A DNA stretch of 64,000 nt from Candidatus Moraniibacteriota bacterium (GTDB lineage Bacteria; Patescibacteriota; Minisyncoccia; Moranbacterales; GCA-2747515), in the NCBI GenBank assembly GCA_947311515.1, contig CAMZLB010000031.1:922-64921 (forward strand), read 5' to 3'. The position numbers were made by a program, and so were the translations under genes. The notes beneath the pieces were generated by a model that did not search any database, was not told where the DNA came from, and was given only the letters and a program-made list of their open reading frames with translations. Of this stretch, positions 40,803-50,600 are shown in pieces. Positions within the stretch are counted from its first letter, which is position 1. Every line of letters starts with the position of its first letter.

Positions 40803-42101
40803 TTAATAACTAATAATCTCATCAAAAGTTTTCTTATTCAACATTGTCATCTTCGTATAATTATATAATCGCTGCGTATCTATATTACTTTCCATATCTT
40901 CCATGCCTTTATACTTTGCTAAAACTTTATTCATTTCAGTCTCTATTTCTTCAGTTTTGACTTCTATTTTCAATTCTTCACCAAGCTTTGTTATAATAAG
41001 TGAACCTACTATCCTATTTGTAGCTTGAGGAGTCCAATCTTTTTGCAAATCATTTCTATTTTTTCCTATTTTTTCCAAATGATCATCTAAAGCTACACCA
41101 CTCATCTGAAGTTGTTGTTCCATTTCGCTAACCATAACATCCAATTCCTCTTGAATCATATTTTTTGGTACTTTTACATCCATTTTTTCTATAAGTGTTT
41201 CCAATATAGAAGTTCGTTTTTTTTCTATTAATTGATCTTCTCTTTCTTTTTGCATCCCCTCTCTCATATTTTTCTTAAGGTCATTCAATCCTTTTATATC
41301 CTTTCCTAAAGTTTTTGCAAAATCATCATCTACCTTTGGTATTATTCTTTCTTCAACAACTATCAATTTAACTTCAAATGTCGCCTTTGATCCAGCTAAA
41401 TGTTTTGCATGATAATCCTTAGGAAATTCTAGTTCAAATACTTTCTCATCATCTTTTTGCATCCCTATAACTTTATCTTCAAAGCCAGGTATAAATGTTC
41501 CACTACCTAAGACTATAGTGTGTTTTTTGCTCGTTCCACCTTCAATTACAACACCCTCTTTCTTCACAGTAAAATCAATTTTTACAGCATCTCCTTTTCT
41601 TGCTTTTCTATCAACTTCTTTCAATTCTACCCTGGACTCTGCAAGTTTTTTGAGCTCATTGTCTACATCAGAATCTTTAATTTCTGTATTTTCTTTTGCA
41701 TTTTCTTTATTGATTTCTTTTATTATTTTTTTCCAATCTTTTGGCAAGTTAATTTCAGGAATAAGTGAAATTGTCATATCAACTTCCACCTCATTTCCTT
41801 CTGCAATTTTTTTAACTTGCACTTCTGGCGATCCTGCAAATTTATAATTTCCTTCCTTTGCAATCTCATTATACTTTTTAGTAAGTTCAATATTTACTAT
41901 CTCAGCAAGTATCTGAGGTTTATCCACCTGAGAGCTAGCAACATCAACAGGAACATGACCTTTTCTAAAGCCCTTCACTGATACATTTTTTGATGCTTTT
42001 TTTACAGACTCATTAAAGTCGTTTTCTAAATCACTCCATGGAATTTTAAAATTAACCAAAATTTCCGTTTCTTTTTCTTCTATTTCATGCGACATATTCA
42101 A
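40803..42101 (-). CDS. tig: Trigger factor
   Basis: GFRKGHVP, FIPGFE and FP.DYH...LAG motifs; upstream of clpP. Confidence 0.96.
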   Translation of the reverse strand: MNMSHEIEEKETEILVNFKIPWSDLENDFNESVKKASKNVSVKGFRKGHVPVDVASSQVDKPQILAEIVNIELTKKYNEIAKEGNYKFAGSPEVQVKKIAEGNEVEVDMTISLIPEINLPKDWKKIIKEINKENAKENTEIKDSDVDNELKKLAESRVELKEVDRKARKGDAVKIDFTVKKEGVVIEGGTSKKHTIVLGSGTFIPGFEDKVIGMQKDDEKVFELEFPKDYHAKHLAGSKATFEVKLIVVEERIIPKVDDDFAKTLGKDIKGLNDLKKNMREGMQKEREDQLIEKKRTSILETLIEKMDVKVPKNMIQEELDVMVSEMEQQLQMSGVALDDHLEKIGKNRNDLQKDWTPQATNRIVGSLIITKLGEELKIEVKTEEIETEMNKVLAKYKGMEDMESNIDTQRLYNYTKMTMLNKKTFDEIISY

Positions 42102-42118
42102 TAAATTTTTAAAAATAA

Positions 42119-42664
42119 TTACTTAGTTTTTCCAAACTTTTCTTCGTATAATACAATAGACTTTTCAACTGCTAAAATTGCATCCTCTTTTCCTTTGTAT
42201 CCTTTAATTACAACCTCACCCTTTTCTCCTTTTTTAAGTTCTTTGTATGTCTCAAAAAAGTGAACATACTCCTTAAGCGAATGTTTATTCAAATCAACTA
42301 AATCATGTACATCATCCCATCTTTTATCGTCTACTGGAACTCCTATGACTTTATAATCTGATTCTCCACCATCAATCATTTCCATAATTGCAATAGGCCT
42401 CACCCTGACAAGTATCCCAACATTTAAAGGAAATGTAGCAAGAACAATAACATCTAAAGCATCTCCATCCTCCCATAAAGTCTGTGGCACATAGCCATAA
42501 TCAAAGGGATATGGATGAGAAGAATAATTTGCTCTATCAAGTGCAATTAAACCAGTGTCTTTATCGATTTCATATTTATTTGGAGAATTCTTTGGAATTT
42601 CTATTATTACATTTATTTCTTTTGGTATATTTTTTCCTCTTGATACATCATGCCATAAATTCAT
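42119..42664 (-). CDS. ppa: Inorganic pyrophosphatase, family I
   Basis: IEIP...NKYE.DK, YGYVPQT..EDGDALD, D.GE.D.K and FFETYK motifs. Confidence 0.96.
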   Translation of the reverse strand: MNLWHDVSRGKNIPKEINVIIEIPKNSPNKYEIDKDTGLIALDRANYSSHPYPFDYGYVPQTLWEDGDALDVIVLATFPLNVGILVRVRPIAIMEMIDGGESDYKVIGVPVDDKRWDDVHDLVDLNKHSLKEYVHFFETYKELKKGEKGEVVIKGYKGKEDAILAVEKSIVLYEEKFGKTK

Positions 42665-42711
42665 ATTTTTATTATTAACTATTATTTTATAAAATCAAAT
42701 CTACACAACGC

Positions 42712-43923
42712 CTATTCACTAACTGGTGACTTAATTCTACTATCTTCTCCACTCTCATTTTCCACATCTAAATCCCATCCAGTTAATTTTACAGCAAGTC
42801 TGACATTTTGACCCCGTTTTCCAATTGCAAGTGACAACTGATCATCTGGTACAATAACCTTAGCTCTCTTCATGTCTCTATCTAGTTCAACTGAGATTAC
42901 TTGCGCAGGAGATAATGCCGATGTTATAAATTCTTCCATGTTTGCATTCCATTCTATAATATCAATTTTTTCTCCACCAAGAGACTCTATAACAGCATTT
43001 ACTCTCACACCTTTTTGTCCAACGCATGAACCCACTGGATCTATGTCTTCGTCTTCTGTATAAACTGCTATTTTACTTCTTGAACCAGCCTCCCTAGAAA
43101 CTGCCTTAATTTCAACTGTTCCTGCAAATATTTCAGGAACCTCCATTTCAAATAAGCTCCTAACCATTTCTGCATGAGTTCTTGAAAGTTTAACTCCTGG
43201 TCCTCTTGAATCTATCTCTACAGCCTCTATATAAACTTTAATATATTGTCCTACATCATATCTTTCGCCTCGCACCTGGTCTCTAGGAAGTAATACCCCT
43301 ATAGATTTTCCAAGATCTATAAATACTGTTTTACCTTCTATTCTGTGAACTTTTCCATTTACAATTTGCCCCTCTTTCTCTTTGTTCTCATTATAAAGAA
43401 TTTCTCTTTCTGATTCACGAACTCTTTGAATTATAACTTGTTTTGCAGTTTGAGCTGCTACACGCCCAAAATCTGTATATGTTGGCAATGGTTCTTCTAT
43501 GCTATCACCTAATTCTATATTTTCGTCGCTCTTAAGTGCCTCACTTAATAAAATATCTCTTTCCTCATTAAATCTAGGCAGTTTAATTTCTTCTTTTTCC
43601 GAGTCTTCTGCTTCATTCTCATTTAAAAATTTTGAATCTTCACCTTCGATCTTATTCTCTTTATTATCCTCATCTGCTTCTGAATCAATAAATTCACGAG
43701 TTGTCTCATCTACCACTTCTTTTACAAGCCAAAATTTCATATCCCCATTAACACCAGTAAGTTCTGCACGTATATTTTGACCACGTTCCCCATATTCCTT
43801 TTTGTATGCTGCTGCAAGAGCTGCCTCCACAGTAAGAAGAAGACTTTCCTTATCAATACCCTTTTCTTCTGCAAGCGCATTTATTGCTCCAGTGAAATCT
43901 CCAAAAGAATTTTGTTCTTTCAT
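42712..43923 (-). CDS. nusA: Transcription termination factor NusA
   Basis: FGRVAAQTAKQVI, EVPEI, DPVGSCVG.KG.R and LSLAIGKRGQNVRLA motifs. Confidence 0.98.
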   Translation of the reverse strand: MKEQNSFGDFTGAINALAEEKGIDKESLLLTVEAALAAAYKKEYGERGQNIRAELTGVNGDMKFWLVKEVVDETTREFIDSEADEDNKENKIEGEDSKFLNENEAEDSEKEEIKLPRFNEERDILLSEALKSDENIELGDSIEEPLPTYTDFGRVAAQTAKQVIIQRVRESEREILYNENKEKEGQIVNGKVHRIEGKTVFIDLGKSIGVLLPRDQVRGERYDVGQYIKVYIEAVEIDSRGPGVKLSRTHAEMVRSLFEMEVPEIFAGTVEIKAVSREAGSRSKIAVYTEDEDIDPVGSCVGQKGVRVNAVIESLGGEKIDIIEWNANMEEFITSALSPAQVISVELDRDMKRAKVIVPDDQLSLAIGKRGQNVRLAVKLTGWDLDVENESGEDSRIKSPVSE

Positions 43924-44000
43924 ATTTTTTTTAAAATCTAATTAATTTCTATAATATTTTATACTACTTATCTCTTAATGTGTTTCAAGAAAAATCAATA

Positions 44001-44078
44001 TAGGGTAAAAAAAATGAGAGTTCTTTCGAATCCCTCCTACCCTTATTATTATTATAACAAAAATCTATACTATGTCAA
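44001..44078 (-). promoter_or_regulatory. nusA promoter (TTGACA-16-TATAAT) and leader hairpin with U-tract
   Basis: -35 at 44073-44078, -10 at 44051-44056; leader GGGTA-GGAGGG-ATTCGAAAGAA-CTCTC-A-T8-ACCC. Confidence 0.6.
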
Positions 44079-44294
44079 TAAAATACAAAAGAATATCTAA
44101 TAATATAGATAGCCATAATAATTTAGAGTCTGGGAACTTTAGACACAAATTTGCATGTAGTCTTATATTGATTCTTGATTCATTTACATCTATTAACGCT
44201 GTTATTATTACTTTATTTTAATCTAATAAAAAATCCAGTTATTGCAAGTGTAATTCCTGTAATTATAAATACATTGTTTTAGTTTTTATAATTT

Positions 44295-45227
44295 TTATAT
44301 TTTTATTTCTTCAATTTCATAATTATCAAACTCTATATCCATAAAATCCGTCCTAATTCCAGCATGACCTTTATTCAAAATCGCCTCCCCTCCATAACTT
44401 TTTCCATCATCTATTGCTTCTAAAACTAATTCCCAATTTTTGTTATTTTCTTTATCAACAAATACTTTAATTTCAACTTGATTATTATTAATTGTTTTGA
44501 CTTCACTTCGAACACCGACCCATTTATTAACAGGTAATAAATTTGGATTTTTGTCCCTATTGTATTCTCCATCAAAAATTTTCTTTTCCGCAAGTGTGTA
44601 ATACTTTGTTTTATATTTCTTTTTTATTATCACTTTTCCATCAACTCTAATACCTGTGTAATACAAATTAAATCCATTTTGATAACGATTAAAAAGTAAC
44701 AAACCATTTGACTCTCTCCTATGCTTATCTTTACTCAAATTATATTTTTTAATTCTATAATATACTTCCTGACTAAAATTTTTCCACCTTGACTTTGTAA
44801 CTAATCGAAAAATATTTTGTGGATAATAACCACCATCTGTTTCATTTGGAATATCATTTTTTCCTTTAGAAAACCTTATCTGCCATTTTGAACCTTTTTC
44901 TAATGGTCCAAAAATTGTTCTACCAATACCATCTTCAGAATATAAAAAGGCTCCTGAATTAACCCACCAATCAGCATTTTCACTTTTTTCTATTTTACCA
45001 GTTTCTTCTAAAATAAAGTTTTTTGAAAAATTTTCGAAAAAAATATCATTTTTTATTACTAATTCTGTAATGTCAATTTTATTATCATTAGTACTATTTC
45101 TAACTAAACTAATATTTTCTTGCATGATTAAATTCTCCTTATTATTAAAATTAAAAAAAATAAATACTAAAGATAATACTATAAAAATTATAAGATATTT
45201 AATCATTTTATTCTTTTTTTTAAACAT
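44295..45227 (-). CDS. Hypothetical membrane-anchored extracellular protein (aromatic-rich, possibly beta-sandwich)
   Basis: N-terminal TM; C-terminal GHAGIRTDFMDIEFDNY strand pattern; family not recognised with confidence. Confidence 0.65.
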   Translation of the reverse strand: MFKKKNKMIKYLIIFIVLSLVFIFFNFNNKENLIMQENISLVRNSTNDNKIDITELVIKNDIFFENFSKNFILEETGKIEKSENADWWVNSGAFLYSEDGIGRTIFGPLEKGSKWQIRFSKGKNDIPNETDGGYYPQNIFRLVTKSRWKNFSQEVYYRIKKYNLSKDKHRRESNGLLLFNRYQNGFNLYYTGIRVDGKVIIKKKYKTKYYTLAEKKIFDGEYNRDKNPNLLPVNKWVGVRSEVKTINNNQVEIKVFVDKENNKNWELVLEAIDDGKSYGGEAILNKGHAGIRTDFMDIEFDNYEIEEIKI

Positions 45228-45349
45228 TGACTTCTTTTATGATTATTTTGCTATTGTTCATTTCAAAACAAATTTCACCAATTTAATTAACTCATTTTTG
45301 CTAATTTTATTTGTCAGCATTTACCACGTTATTTACATTTCTTCCAAAT

Positions 45350-45620
45350 AAAAAAATAATTGTTCTAAATAGTATTCCCATCTATTCCTTTATGTGACTT
45401 AACTGTATTATAGTAATTTACAAATCCTATCAATTCTTTTTTTATGATATCTATTTTTAAATTCAGTTTTGTTATATCACATTTACATTAAAGTTTTAAT
45501 CATTCTTTCTGTCTTTCCATTAGTCCATGAATGTTTAATTTTATAAATCTTTGCTCAATATTATTACTTCTACATTTTAACATAAAAGCATATTTCTCAC
45601 TATTTTCTTTGTCTTTCGAC
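45350..45620 (-). mobile_element. IS481-like transposase C-terminal remnant
   Basis: Stitched frames read AFMLKC..NNIEQRF / HSWTNGKTERMIKTL / FVNYYNTVKSHKGIDG, with stops and frameshifts. Confidence 0.75.
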
Positions 45621-46358
45621 ATCTAGATTATCAAAATGAGTTAGTAAAAGTTCAAAGTTACACTGAAGTGTCCTAATTAATTTTTGTAATTTCTTGTATT
45701 GTTGATGTTCCTCAGTGTACTTCAATTTATCTAAACTTGAAATAGCTTCTTGTTTTATTTTAGAAAAAAAGAATTTTCTCAGTAAGGTTTTTAATTATTT
45801 TACTCTTAGTCCTTACAGAAGGAATTATTTGTCTAGCTCTAGAATATTTATGAAATACACATAACTGTACCTTTGGAAAAACTTATCTAAGACTTTTAGT
45901 GATCCCATATATCCATCACAGTGAAAATCTTTATGGTACTAGGTAAATCTCACTAAGAACTGATTTTATGAGATTTGAGTATAACTCAGAGCTTTCTTCG
46001 AGAAATACTTTTCAATTGATAATATCTAATGTTTTAATATCAAATAATATCAGAAAAACAATATCCTTATCTCTGTATTTTAACCAAGTTCCATCTAGGG
46101 CATAGTAACCTAACCTAATTGAATTTAGCCATTTAGTAATTTCAAATTGCTCAGGAATTCTTTCGATGTATTGTTCAAAATATTTTATTAAAACTTTTTT
46201 TAGTAAGACACTTTTATTAAACCAACTACTAAATATTTTATAAACACTATTTAAATAAAGCGATTGTAAATATATCCCTAATTTACCCTAAGAATAACCT
46301 AAAATCAATGTTTTGAAACTACTAATTGATTACCAGTGTCTAAAATTTAGACAACTAG
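45620..46358 (-). mobile_element. IS256/Mutator-like transposase remnant with a possible terminal repeat
   Basis: Stitched frames read GYYALDGTWLK / FHCDGYMG / VQLCVFHK (CxxH), with stops and frameshifts; end-like CTAGTTGTCTAAATTTTAGACAC at 46336-46358. Confidence 0.65.
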
Positions 46359-46390
46359 CACGATCTCCTTGTTTGCCCCATACAAAATTA

Positions 46391-47277
46391 TTAATAAATT
46401 TTAATAAGCTTTGCTCGATAATATAGACGTTTTAATGAAGTATATTTTGGTGTGCAAGTATATAAAGTTAGTATTGGTTCATCAGTTTTTTTAAGAATTT
46501 CTTCAACTCCTTTATCATTTGGTTTAACCACTCCACTTTCAACAATTTCATACTCAAAAACATGCTGATCATAATGTACTTTTACTTTGTCACTTTTTTT
46601 AATTTGTCTAAATCAATAAAAGCTGTTCTAGCCGGATTATTTCCAAATTTCCAGCGATGTCCTGATATTACTAAATTTCCTTTTTCGCCCAGCATAGCCA
46701 TAGTTTTATGTCGGCCCAGACCTCTGTCCAAATCACTATCTTGAATTCCATTAACAATTGGAGCTTTTATTTTTACTTTCTCTGTATTCACTTCCAACCA
46801 AAATGTCCCCAAATCAGCTTCAGTAAACTCTTTTTTCTTTTCTTTTTTTTGATTATCACTTCCCTTATCATTTTTAACTTCCACTACTACCTCCTGGCTA
46901 TCAACATCTTTTCTCTCATCTACAGCAACATTTCTTTCTCCAAAAAACCACATCCAAAATAAAATATAGCCAACAACAAAAACTAGTAATATAATCCATT
47001 TTTTGTGTTTGAAAGTAATCACTTTAAGCCATTTTAAAATAGCCTTTAGACGACTAATAATCTTATCACTGAATTTATTTTTCTGCCAAATTTTCTTAAT
47101 TTTATCAATCCAAATTTTGCACCAAGGTTTAATTTTTTGTATCAACAAAACATATTTTTTCCGAGAAAAATTATAAATTTTAACCAATCTTTTTTTAATA
47201 CTAGTAATATTCTTACTTACAAATTTCCACACCATTTGTATATATTTTTTTACTATATTAAAAATTTTATTAGACAT
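46391..47277 (-). pseudogene. Sortase with a 1-bp frameshift
   Basis: GNLVISGHR lies in ORF 46582..47277. The catalytic LTLYTCTP...KR lies in the -1 frame after the A7 run at 46594-46600 and ends at TAA 46391. Confidence 0.88.
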
Positions 47278-47330
47278 TGACTTTGGATACTTAGTTGATA
47301 TGGATAATACTAAAAACTAGAACATTCTTA

Positions 47331-47554
47331 AAAAATTAAGTTAAGCGTGGAAAGGTCCAATCTTTGCAAAGCCACACATACTTCGTAGTTTTAGTGAAAT
47401 AGGAACAGATAAATATTAAGACTAGAACTTTGCACGCGAATATAAGCATATAATCTAGCAAAGATTCGACCTCCACATTCACCAAATTCCTGTAAGGATT
47501 AGTTTCTACAAATGTCAAACTTTTCCTCATAAACAACCTATTTTTGCGTGCGAA
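47331..47554. ncRNA. Candidate structured element between adhesin and sortase
   Basis: 47347-47367 pairs with 47458-47476; 47429-47440 is complementary to 47543-47554. Confidence 0.35.
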
Positions 47555-47635
47555 CTGTTGATACTTTTTTTTATTCTATCATAAAAATTTTCTAATTTAA
47601 ATAAATTTTATCATAGAACTATAGCTACACATATT

Positions 47636-50600
47636 CTAAAATATTTCAGAGCTTTTAACAATCTCCCAAATAGTTTTCCACCAATTCTCTCCAGTTTTAG
47701 CTAGTTTCTCTTCAGTATTGTTATAACCAAAGTCTGCTTTAGTATAATCCTGTCCTTCTCTTAAAGTCAATTTAATTTTATTGTTTAAATTACCACCTTT
47801 TTCATAGGTTTCTATAAAATGTCTCACATCATGTTTTTTTACAATAACTTTAAACTTACCTTTTGGAAGAATATCAAATTTATATTTACCATACTTATCG
47901 GTCTTTGTTTTCCAAATGTAATCATCATCAGTGCCAAATTTATTGTCTGGCCCAACCCAAATCAATTTAACATGAATATCTTCTAATCCTTTCTCATCTT
48001 TATCTTGTTTACCATCTCCGTCTTTGTCCAACCAAATGTAATTTCCGATGGAACTATCTCTCTCAGCTTTTTCTGTTCTATTCCATACTGTCTGATCTTC
48101 CCCGTTGATAGTATCATTATCCGTTACTACTGGTTCTTGTCCTCCAGTAATATCATCACTAAAATCTCCATCACCATTAGCATCCCAATGAGCACTAGCT
48201 TGATTTTCTACAGTTTTCATTTCAGCAGGAACAGTTGTCCTGTAAACCAAAACAACTTCATTTAAAGAATCATCTTCATTAGTCCCTCTTGGATCTGGAG
48301 CGATATCTCCTTCCCACCTCACCCTATTTTCCGCCACATCGTAGGTACAAACTGAAGTTACAGAAGCACCTCTTGCCTCACAAGTAAAACTATTTGCTAC
48401 GTAGGTCGTTCCAGCTGGAACATCATCGAGAATTTGTGTAGCAATAGCCGTCATATTTCCGTCGTTAATCCAAACCATTGTCCATTCTATTTCATTCTCT
48501 CCAGTTTCTCCAACAGTTTTTATAGCATGGGGTGGATCAAAAACATTAGCGTAAAGAGCATAAAATCCAGCATCTATAGATGTATTATTTTCTCCAGAAT
48601 GCAAATGTACAACATCCGTTGTTAATGTATTAATATTGATATCACTATCTTTTGTTGTGTCTCCACCTTGATTTTTATCAGTTGGATTATGATCTGCTGG
48701 TGGTGTAAATTGCACTTGATAATCGCCTGGCAAAAGATTTTCAAAAAGATAATCTCCATTTGAGCCAGTAGTTATAGTATAGGGTGTCCCAGGATTAGCT
48801 GGATCGTCAACTGGATTTCCTGCTCCATCCAATAATTCTACTAAAATACCTTCTAAGCCTGGTTCCCAATCTTGTTGAATACCATCCCTTTGATCATCTC
48901 GCCAAACTTTATCGCCAAGAGAAACCTGCTGCGATATACCTGCATCCAAAGAAGTTACTATGTCTCCAGAAGCCAATGTTACAACATCACTTCGCTTAGT
49001 CACAACATCTATATCAGAATCTATAGTGTCATCGCCTCCGACATTCTGTATTGAAACGCTATATCCATTTGGCAAATTTAATTCTATTTGATATTGCCCT
49101 GGCATTAAATGGATAAACTCATATTCACCATTGACTCCAGTGACTACCGTGTAAGGAGTGCCTGGATTATTTGGATTGTCCACTGGATTACCATCTCCGT
49201 CTAAAAGTTTTACTACTACTCCCTCTGCACCATTTTCTCCTGCATCCTGCAAACCATTAAGATTATCATCTAGCCAAATTTTATCTCCGATAGTAACTGT
49301 TTCATACATCCCCGTATCAATCGTATTATTATCCTCATTGACTTCCAAGCTAATAGTATCCGTCGTACCTACCTGTCCATTAATATTTGTTACATCTGAA
49401 TCAACAGCATCATCACCTCCTTGATTAGCTGGAGAATAAGAATGATTTGCTGAGGCAGTAAACCTTACACGATAATCTCCATGATTTAAACCTTCAAATA
49501 AATACCATCCATTAACATCTGTTGTTACTACATATGGTTGTCCATTTACTGGATTGTTCACAGGATTTCCTGCTCCATCTAATAATTCAACTTGCACTCC
49601 TTCCAATCCATTCTCGCCAGCATCCTGAATACCGTTAGCATTACTATCTGTCCATACTCTATTACCAATAGAACTGCCCACAATGCTAACCGCTTCTGAA
49701 TTAGACAATACGGGTAGAGTAACTCCTGTAGCCGAAGCACCTGCTGAATTAGAATAAATATCTCCGGACAAATTATTTTCTATTTTCATTTTCAATTGCA
49801 ATTGACACGTAGCGTCTGCCTCCATAGATGGACCTACTGCTCTCACAGCTGTTACATCACTTCGATTCATTCCAGATGGAGGATCAGTCATAGTTCCTTC
49901 TTGCCAAATTGTTTGTGCGCCACCAATAACGTTAGCTAGACCAACACTTGGCGCAATATTAATGTTAGTTGGCATCTCCGTTGTGTAATAGTATTTAACA
50001 CCCCCATTTACAGAAATATCACATAAAGCTGGTGATTCTGGATGGGCGACTAAAGACATAGAAGTAAATTCTTCAGTACCATGATAATTAGTTCCAGGAT
50101 TTCGTTCCACGGTAATATTATTAAAATGTATCGCCCCTGTATTTCCATCTCCTGTAAAAGGTAGAATATCAATCACATCTAAATCTGTTAAATCTCCTGG
50201 TTTTCCATTTCTAAAATCAACTAAATAATCAATGTCCTGACTAGCTACCGTACGTTCTCTTTGAGTAGCGCCCACTGTTGATTTAATAATATTTAAACTA
50301 GCTGGCACTGAGATATTTATTCCTACTTCTGATTGCGCTTGACTTACCACAGTAAAATCAGTTGAAACTTCTATAGTTGTAACATTATTAGCAATACCCA
50401 CCGGTGCTGAAGCTTTTACTTTTGCTTCATAAACAATATCTGAAAAATTACCGTTAGCACCTACTACCCCAAAATCCCATAACAAAACTGTATTTACGTT
50501 ATCATCACAGGTAAGTGAAACATCAACATCGTTACAAGTACCAATAACCGGCTCATTGGCTCCTGTTGTACTTCCATCAATATATTCAAATCCTTCCGGT

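Noticed and set aside
47340-47483. Integron attC site, tmRNA or RNase P RNA
   Set aside because: GTTAAGC is at the wrong end for an attC, and no integrase is in the window. TTCGAC...CACCA has no T-stem, and the RNase P conserved regions are not properly matched.
47336-47536. 66-aa ORF between adhesin and sortase
   Set aside because: No recognisable motif or convincing RBS; the region is better explained by its inverted-repeat structure.
48550-49680. Repeated DNA motifs (e.g. GGATTTCCTGCTCCATC) as a CRISPR-like array
   Set aside because: They are coding repeats of the SdrD-B-like domains, about 380 bp apart; there is no repeat-spacer array and no cas gene.
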